Shown: piece by piece, positions 36,193 through 44,238 of the stretch
Position numbering within the stretch: position 1 is the stretch's first letter
How the letters are laid out: each line of letters starts with the position of its first letter
Source: Intoshia linei
Taxonomy: Eukaryota; Animalia; Orthonectida
DNA length: 44,238 nt
NCBI GenBank assembly: GCA_001642005.1
Contig: LWCA01000178.1
Coordinates: 1 to 44,238 of the forward strand
Reading direction: 5' to 3'
Notes under the pieces: generated by a model
The model's database searches: none
What the model saw: only the letters and a program-made list of their open reading frames with translations
Told to the model about the DNA's origin: nothing
Translations under genes and position numbers: made by a program

Positions 36193-38509
36193 TTATTGTG
36201 AGTTTATATGATTTACAATGTCCTTAAATCCATATAAATGTGCAATATCACTTGCAGATTTGCTATATCTATCTTTTAATGATATAGATGCTCCATTTGC
36301 TAGAAGTAATCGAATGATATTTAGTTTACCTAAAATTAATATAAATGTATTCAAAATATAGGTTAATTATTATTGTATTGAAGAGCGTTTACCGTTTAAT
36401 TAACAATCATTTAATCAAGTTTCTTAATAATAAAAATAATCGGTATTTAATAATTATATTAATGTATAATTTATATTAATAATTATTAGATTAGATTCTA
36501 ATAACTTTACACAGATTTTTCAGCAACGTTACGAAAATTAGAATTGATCAGTTTAAACATTTTTTAATTTTATTTTACAAAAAATGTATAACTCAAGGAT
36601 GGGCAACCGTTATACCGGATCTGATCGATAACTAATTCCCGACAACTTTAGATAAAATCAATTTAATTATTTTCATATAAAAATTTGTCACAAAAAGCCA
36701 TGAAGGTCGCCAATGTCGGCCATCCAAAAAAACAATCATTACAACATAAATAATTTTGAATAATAATGAAACATATCCCAAAATTTTATAAAACATAAAT
36801 TCTGGAACGCGTTTTAAAATCATTAGCATTGCCGTAAACCTCAGCCTCAGAAAATCACACTTTCATGATCAAAACCACAAATTACCCATTTTTCTTTAAA
36901 TGAAAAATGTTATAAAATTTTATAAAACATAAATTCTGGGATAATTAATGGATAATAATAAAACAATTGCATCACAAAATTATTTTTAAAATTTTTTACA
37001 AAAATGTTAACAAAATAAATTAAAAGGTAATGTGAAATGATCAGTCCATGTTGAAAAAAGTTTGGTAACCACTCCTTTAAGAAATTGTTAATAGGAATAT
37101 TACCATTTTTGAGTAAGCTTTTATTGAATTTATTTTTTTGGTATAATTAAAAAAGTTCGCCCTCGGCAGAGCTAACTCTTGTTTATACAAAGTGTATAAT
37201 AGTTAAGCTAGTATTTAATAAAAATAATTGACCTTAAACTACACACAATTTAACAAGATTTTGTAAAGATTTTAAATAAATAAATCAATCTAGAATTTCA
37301 TCATTAATCAATTTTCACAAAAGTTACCAAAAAATAAAGCTGAAATATTGAGCTAAAATAATTGTATTTTGTTTACAATTATATTAGTTTATCATGAATA
37401 TAAATTTATTTTTCAACAATATAAATTTTTAAGTAAATACTAGTAAATGTAATTAATATTCGAAGTTTGATCAAAAAAATATATAATTGATGAAAAAAAT
37501 TTTTTTTCATATCATTGTTTTCAGTTAATCTAATTAAAAATATACAATTATTTTATTTAAAGAAAGTAAAGATAGGAAAATTTTATCTAATGCGTAAAAC
37601 TAATTTAATTATATTTGTTATTACATCATTGTACTACGTAATTGTACAATGTAAATATACGCAGTTGCGGATCAAAGATTTTGACAAAAAAACAGTCGTT
37701 AGGTTAATGTCAGTTAGGAATCCTAACTTGGGATGTAGATTCAAAAAGTCAAATTTGTAGAAAGTATGGAAATTAAATACCTGCATAATTAGTATAATAG
37801 CTTTGCATTTATTTGTATAGCAATGTCGGGCCAATTGTAGGTACAACTACATGACATGGATCATGTTTTACATGGGGAAACTCTGGATAAGGGAGGCAAC
37901 GATTTTAATTTCCACTCATAAGTGTTGTATACCACGATAGTATCGTAAATCAGGGTTATAAATTAATATAACAATAGAATTACCCGATTCGGCTGCACAA
38001 TGAAACGGTGTCCATCCCATGTCCATTTTAATATTGACTTTACACCCATGATCAATTAATAATTTGGCGCAATCTACATAACCTAAAGAGAAAATAATGT
38101 ATATTATTGAAATTTTACCTCTTGAGCAAGCCCAATGTAACGGGGTCCTGTTACTGAAATCAGGGTCTCTTCCATTAATGTCAAAATTTGAATTTTTAAG
38201 GTAATCTTTAAGAGATTCGTAGTCTCCAATTGTACAAGCCTCGTGCAATTCAAGTGATTGGCCAGTAAGTAATTCTAAGCCCCTAGACGCATTAGATGGA
38301 TTAACGTATTTTAAAAATTTTTTAGCACGTGACGTATTTGATAGTGGTTGAGCAAACCCCAATTTTTTCGTTTGAATAATTATTCTAAACTTTTTTTTCT
38401 TGGTAACTTTTCGTAGCTTTTCGAGGCAAGTTTCATTTTCGTGTTGTGACAAATCATCAGATAAACTATCAATGTAAGAGTCTGTACAATATGATACAAA
38501 ATCGTTCAT
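36193..38509 (-). CDS. ANKRD66: Ankyrin repeat protein, ANKRD66-like, 208 aa, 3 exons
   Basis: Exons 38509-38119, 38082-37984 and 36329-36193 total 627 nt. LHEACTIGDY...DINGRDPDFSNRTPLHWACSRG...LLIDHG...GWTPFHCAAESGKLNIIRLL...KDRYSKSASDIAHLYG follows the ANKRD66 repeat pattern. The ankyrin call is secure; the orthology is less so. Confidence 0.75.
36770..37211 (+). mobile_element. 3' part of a Helitron-like element in ankyrin gene intron 2
   Basis: GGTAACCACTCCTTTAAG...GCCCTCGGCAGAGCTA...degenerate hairpin...AAGCTAG|T matches 9230-9367. The family's internal subrepeat lies upstream. Confidence 0.7.
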
Positions 38510-39812
38510 TATGGTCTATTGCTTTTTTGGGTTTAAATATGTGCTGTTTGGAGTAATCACACAATCAAAGTAACATGTGCAAGAATAAATCAATTAGTGA
38601 AAAATAACACGCAATAAATAATAGGGATACCAATATTTCTATGCTATTATTTATTGAATAAACATTCATAAAAAAGCAGTACAAATTGGAAAAAGCACAA
38701 TGTATATGAAATAGTTATAAATTTAGATTTGTCGTAAAATTTAAAGCTAATAATGGTTTTATTTTAAATAAACCATTCTTATTTGCATATATCCTATTTA
38801 ATTAATCTGTAACACCTTTTCATATCTTGGTATCAATTTTTAACTTCGCCCAACCACATCATTATTTTATGACTATTTTAAGAATAATACTGTATCTACA
38901 TAATTTTAAATTATATACGTTGGTTTAATTCCCATATCCGTTCACTCGCTTTATCGAAAAATTTAGTTTAATGTAATTTGTTTTAAAAATATTCTTGACC
39001 CAAATTTAAAACGTTACATGTAGAAACCCATTAACTTTCAAAATTTGCATTATTTTCATATTCATTTAGTTTTAAATTATTCATTATGTTCAATTTAGGT
39101 CATTAAGTTTAAATAATCCCAAATTATCACAGTATTACTTCAAGTAAAATAATGAACTAATTAAGTAATTTACTTGTACTATTGAATACAGAATATATAA
39201 TACACATAACTTTGCTAATATTCATACTTTATTTTATTTATTCAGTATTTTAATGTTTATATAAAACGTCTGATCTACATAATATTATGAGGTAATCAAT
39301 ATAATTTTAACTTACAAAATGGACTTTTTACATCACATATCAATAAGATAAAAGGGAAGTAATCAGATAAAAGATTTTGATAAATTAAAAATAATGTATT
39401 CAAAGTTTATGAAGAGCTGAGAAAGTAAATTAACGATTTTTTTTCTATCTATAAGTGATGATTTTCATAGTTTCCGTTTTAACAAGACAAACATGTCTGA
39501 AATGTAACTAAATTTTTTAAAAGCATGTCTAAAAGCATCCACCCTTGATGGAGCCATTTGATTTTGAACAAAATAAAAAACAGTCCTATGTTAATACGTA
39601 TCCGGTTTTTCTTCATATATAAAAAAGTTTTAACACATGTATTGACGACTTTAATTAAATATTATTTCCTACTTATCACAAGGTTGTGATTATATTGATT
39701 ATTTATACATTATATTTATGTATCACGCAAAATTTATTAAACAAAAAAATTAGTTTAAATGTTAAAATTTCATGAATAATTAAATAATTTTATAAATAAA
39801 GATAATTACAAC

Positions 39813-40260
39813 TAGTGTTGGCAATTTATCTTAATTTGTATATCGATAATTTATCGATAAAAAATAATAAACTAATTTAATTAAAAAATTAATTACAACT
39901 GTTATATTATTTATTTTTGTTTATAAAGTAGAATTTGCACATTACTGCCGCACCATCAGTTGTAACAGCAATAATTAGATTTATTCCGAATTCAATCAAT
40001 AATGTATTTAACATACACTTGCACATCAAACTATCAAACGATTTTTTACTAAAATAACACCCAAACACCACGTTTCATTCTCCGTATAAATTTTTACATT
40101 CATATATCGTTTATTCTGCATGGATGTATATTCGTCCATAGTGATAGAAAACCTCAATTCTTGTCACATTTATCTTGCAAAATTATTTTAAGTTCTTCCT
40201 TTTTTTATTCTAAAACGATAGAATCATTCTTTTTACAGAGTTATGGCAAGTGGGAGGATC
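39813..40260 (-). mobile_element. Deleted hAT (Ac/hobo-type) transposon remnant, copy 1
   Basis: Terminus TAGTGTTGGCAATTTATC at 39813. The minus-strand translation SITMDEYTSMQNKRYMNVKIY..WCLGVI and IIAVTTDGAAVMCK contains the first two catalytic Asp motifs, with stops. Confidence 0.8.
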
Positions 40261-40279
40261 CTCCTAGGAGTATTGTCAT

Positions 40280-40795
40280 TAGTGTTGGCAATTTATCGAA
40301 ATATTTTTATCGATAAAAAATAATAAACTAATTTAATTGAAAAATTAATTACAACTGTTATATTATTTATTTTTGTTTATATACTAGAATTTCAAAAACA
40401 CCAAAGCATTAACAACATCGGGTGATATTCTGGATCTTTTCTTAGTTATATAATGACCAGTTATTTAGAACGCCCTTAGCTTCACAACTGGTAGATTTAA
40501 TAGACATAATTGAATAGTAAAATTTATCAAAGTTGCTTGTTCTCCTTCCTTGATTTTTTTGATTCTTCCACCCTTGATTTGATTTCCTTAATCAAACGAT
40601 AGAATCATTCTTTTTACAGAGTTATGGCAAGTGGGAGAAGTATTGTCATATTGAATAATACGACAACGATTGAGGACAATTAAATATGATGATGTCATGA
40701 ATTTTAAATTTGATGACTCTTTAGAAATAAGTCTTAAATAAAGAAATCGTTCACATTTCTCAAAATTTAAGACCAGAAAATTTGATTTCATTTCT
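40280..40795 (-). mobile_element. Deleted hAT transposon remnant, copy 2 (different internal deletion)
   Basis: Same terminus, with a ~110-bp near-identical end to 39813-39935. It shares AAACGATAGAATCATTC...GGCAAGTGGGAG with 40213-40256. Confidence 0.75.
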
Positions 40796-40842
40796 ATATT
40801 AGACTTTGGTCATTTTAATTACATTGTAATTGGAAACATTAT

Positions 40843-43032
40843 TTATGATTTTATTTTACAATTTTTAATATAATATATAATTTTTTTAACATTATTTCTG
40901 TAATCTTTAGACATGAATCCATAAATTATAGGATTCAGTGCTGTGCTGCTGTATCCAAAAATTGTAAACACTGCAATATGAGTAATAATGCTATTTTCAT
41001 AAAAATAGGTAGATAAGCTAGTCTCCATTATCAAATCGAAAAAATGGATAGGAAACATTGTTATAATGAATGACATTGAAATCACCACCATCATTTTGCA
41101 TATCTAAATTAAATTTAAAATTCAGAGTATTATCATCGAACAATGTAGTTGATTGTTCATTCCCAACCCTTTTTATGCTAGGCCCCACATTCACTCCCAG
41201 GCCCACTTCAAAATATGACCAAACGGTCGAAAAAATTTTGGGGATGATATAACAGTTAAATCAAAAAAGAATTATTTCTACAACTGTAATTCACTAACTG
41301 TTTTTTACTAACAACTCTAATTTTCAAATAAATTACAAATCGAAATTTTTTATAGTAGAAAGTCGAGTTTGTTCAAAATTTTATTTTATAGAATTAATGA
41401 TATCACTTTATCTGACGATTCTTAATCTTATTAGATTTTCTTAATACATATTATGGATTAGGTATGACACATGAGAATCATATACTTATATAAAATTGAA
41501 TGTCTGTCTTAACCACAGAAAATTACAAATTCAGGGTCAAACCCCTAATTACCAGTTTTATTTAAATGAAAAAAGTAACAGAATTTTATTAAACATAAAT
41601 TCTGAGTAGTTTTTATTATCATGGCCACTATCAAATCGCAACCTCATAAATTTAAAATCAATTAAAAAAATCGGTCTTAAAATTAAACACTCGCATATAG
41701 AGCCCTCGGTATAGCTATAGCTAGCTGCTTGCTTGTTTGTACGAAGTACATAACAGTCACGCTAATATTCTACAAAATTAAAATTTAATTAATCTAAAGT
41801 ATTAAAATTCCCATTTAAAATTTATAAATTCGTGAAATTTCCTAGGATCTCCATCATAATATCGTATGCCCATCAAATTTACGATGTCCAACAAAAACTC
41901 TGTAGAAATACTAGACAAAGAATTAATGTTTAAACCGTCGCTAGCTCTGTCAAGGGTAGATTTTTAATTTTTGGAGTCATTTAGATTTTAAAAACCATAC
42001 TACACTTTTTAAAAAAATGTTTAAAAAGTTTTAGAATTTTATAAAACATAAATTCTTACATAATTTTTAAAATTATGATCACCATCATAAATAGCAACCT
42101 CAAAAACCTGAATTCTCTCGTCAAAACCCCATATTATCTTTTTTTTAAATCATGAAAAGTGTCCGAAAATTTTAAAAAAAATTGCAGCTTATAGTGCTAT
42201 TTCCAGTTAACACACACTAAAAAATTCGATCCCACAGATTGACGATTTCACGGTCAAAAAAGACGTTTAATGTTCATTTTTTTATTTGGTTACTATTTTA
42301 TTAAAACAAAAATTATTCAATAAATAATAGACGTAAAGTTAAAACAAAGAAAGGAGATTATTCTCATACGGTATATCCAATTGACCTATAGATAAATTTA
42401 AACCTCAGAAATATACGCATTCCCGGCCAAAAATTAGTTTATAAAAAATCAATGGACTGAGGATTTACCGAATATAAAAAATGATGGGTGGGCACAAATC
42501 CCTTAAAAATGGCTGGTATTACTTTTCTGTTTTTTTGTAATTCATTTCCATCTATTCTTAACCTGATTTGAGTGTGTTTTTGATTTCCAGTGGTATCATA
42601 AGTTTTAGCTACCCGTCTCATTTTAATTATAATTATGATACATGTTACAAGAAGGATTATTAACGGCACAAAAAATAAGCAAACTAATCGAATTGGAACA
42701 AGAAATTTTTCAAAAGCTAAAAATAATTATAAATAAAAAACATAAAATACAAAAAAACATTTTTACTCAAGTATTCAGCATTGAATCCTTCTAAGAAAAT
42801 TTTCTTGCCATAAATCAGTTTGTTAATTTTAGTGTAATCAACGTAGCACATCCACAATTCCAGTTCATTATTAGAATATTTTTTTCCGGAAAATACATAT
42901 TGTATAGGTTTAGAAAATACATTTGGTATATAAAAAGTTAATGCTACTGTCCAACACAATCCTATCTTTATATACGAAGATTTTAATGAATTTTGAATTA
43001 ATATTTTCATGGGGTTTGCGATGGCTCGATAC
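40843..43032 (-). CDS. Class A (rhodopsin-like) GPCR, probably a neuropeptide receptor; end of TM3 to C-terminus, 5'-partial
   Basis: Exons 43032-42767, 42716-42523 and 41103-40843 are phase-compatible. Features: (R)YRAIANPMK after TM3, TM4 CW...IP, ECL2 Cys (WMCY), TM5 LFFVPLII, TM6 KICKMMVVI..FIITMFP, TM7 YSSTALNPIIYGFMS.DYR. The TM1-3 exon(s) were not found in the window. Confidence 0.9.
41154..41913 (+). mobile_element. Second copy of the hAT MITE with embedded Helitron (Helitron at 41478-41765), in a GPCR intron
   Basis: The arms align with the reverse complement of 9717-10017 and 7498-7603. The inner element begins A|TCATATACTTATATAAA and ends TTTGTAC-GAA-GTACATAACAG..CTAA|T. The outer termini are degenerate. 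Confidence 0.75.
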
Positions 43033-43103
43033 CTATTTGTATCTTCATATGAAAAATAAATTATGAATAAAACTACAATAAAATATAAATATTAACGTAA
43101 TAA

Positions 43104-43771
43104 TCCTTTACTTATATAACATTTAATGTCTGTGTGTGTTACCGTATATTTTAAAAATAAACAGTGGTAGAATTTAAATAAACCAAAATTCTAATACATT
43201 TTTCGCAGTGGATATTTATATCTATTTTTCAGTTTCCACATTTGAGTCCTTTAGGGTCAAAAACCCAATTTTCCCTTTTTATAAATAAAATCAATTCAAA
43301 AAGAAATAATAAAACATAAATTCTGGAACGCGTTGTAAAATCATTAACATTTTCGTAAATCTCAGCCGCAGAAATGTACACCTCATGGTCAAAACCACAC
43401 ATAACAATTTTTTTAAAAAATGACATATTATAAAAATTTATTAAAAAATTTTATACAACATAAATTTTGAAATAGTTTTTAAAATCATAAGCATTATCAT
43501 AAATGACAACTTTAAAAGTGCATTTTCAAGATCAAAACCCATGATTACTTTTTTTTAAAAAAATTAAAAATAATTAATAATTTTTAAAAAGAAGGATAAC
43601 TGGGGTTTTTGACCCGTTAGATGTGAAATTAGGAGGTTGAAATTAAGTTTGCGAACACTCCCAGAACAAACTGTAATTGAAATGTGGACTTTATAAAATT
43701 CTAAGACGGGTAGTTATTAAATAAAGCGTAACACACACACAAAAATCGCATAGCATATATATAAGTTAGGA
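43104..43771. mobile_element. Two convergent 5' fragments of Helitron-like elements
   Basis: Plus strand: A|TCCTTTACTTATATAACATTTAATGTCTGTGTGTG at 43104. Minus strand: TCCTAACTTATATATA...TGTGTGTGT at 43771, continuing into sequence matching 7790-7920. Confidence 0.7.
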
Positions 43772-44238
43772 CTTATGCGAATATTTTATTTAAATTTAAC
43801 TATAAAATTTTAATCAGTTTCATATACACTCCGTCCACTAATTATAAATATCAATAAATAATTTATTTAATTCATATTTCTATCAATAAATATAATTAGA
43901 ATACTGGTAACATATCAAAAATTTAGCAGAATATAAAATTAACGAAATGCTATTACATATTCATTCAAAAATTGTAAAATTATTAGTTTTTAATTAATTC
44001 ATACCATATTTAGTAAATTAGTGGAAATATAGTGTCCACAATTATAACAACACAACTGTTTATTAATTATAATGACTATATATGCTACATGAATATTTCT
44101 TTCAATAATTGACAATCCTCCAACTTTTAATACTTCGATTGCACGATTTTTTACAGAATCTGATATTTTTAAAAACGTCAAACGTTGGTTTGACTTTATA
44201 ACATTGTAAACGGAAGATTTTGATATATTTATTCCCTT

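Noticed and set aside
39300-39690. Possible CR1-like LINE reverse transcriptase remnant
   Set aside because: Only faint similarity across many stops and frameshifts.
43999-44181. Minus-strand ORF as a GPCR 5' exon or a LINE gag zinc knuckle (CYNCGHY)
   Set aside because: There are no TM1-3 motifs and the CCHC spacing is incomplete; left unassigned.
1-44238. Prokaryotic system (operon, defence island, CRISPR), alternative genetic code, tRNA or rRNA genes
   Set aside because: The genes are spliced metazoan-type genes that end in standard TAA/TGA at the expected positions, and I recognised no structured RNA gene by eye.

Overview
Very AT-rich eukaryotic (animal) genomic DNA. Genes are compact and split by tiny spliceosomal introns, mostly 34-57 nt, and almost every long intron or intergenic gap is filled with decayed hAT transposons/MITEs and Helitron-like elements. 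The composition and intron sizes resemble a compact parasitic metazoan genome such as the orthonectid Intoshia; this is an inference, not verifiable here. By hand-splicing exons I reconstruct eight protein-coding genes: ECT2L (F-box plus degenerate RhoGEF DH, minus); acyl-protein thioesterase LYPLA1/2 (plus); a compact ARID1/osa (plus); a two-exon, 10-Cys Ly6/three-finger protein with a signal peptide and no GPI tail (minus, second exon absent from the ORF track); a short GMAP-210/TRIP11 golgin with a GC-AG intron (plus); the last ~705 codons of a very divergent dynein heavy chain (plus); an ANKRD66-like ankyrin protein (minus); and the 3' part of a class A peptide GPCR (minus). The most notable observations are a hAT MITE carrying an embedded Helitron, present as two dispersed copies (one with a further nested Helitron), the apparently secreted three-finger protein, a probable pseudo-GEF ECT2L, and the headless dynein fragment next to assembly Ns. 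All family assignments come from recalled motifs; no database search was run.
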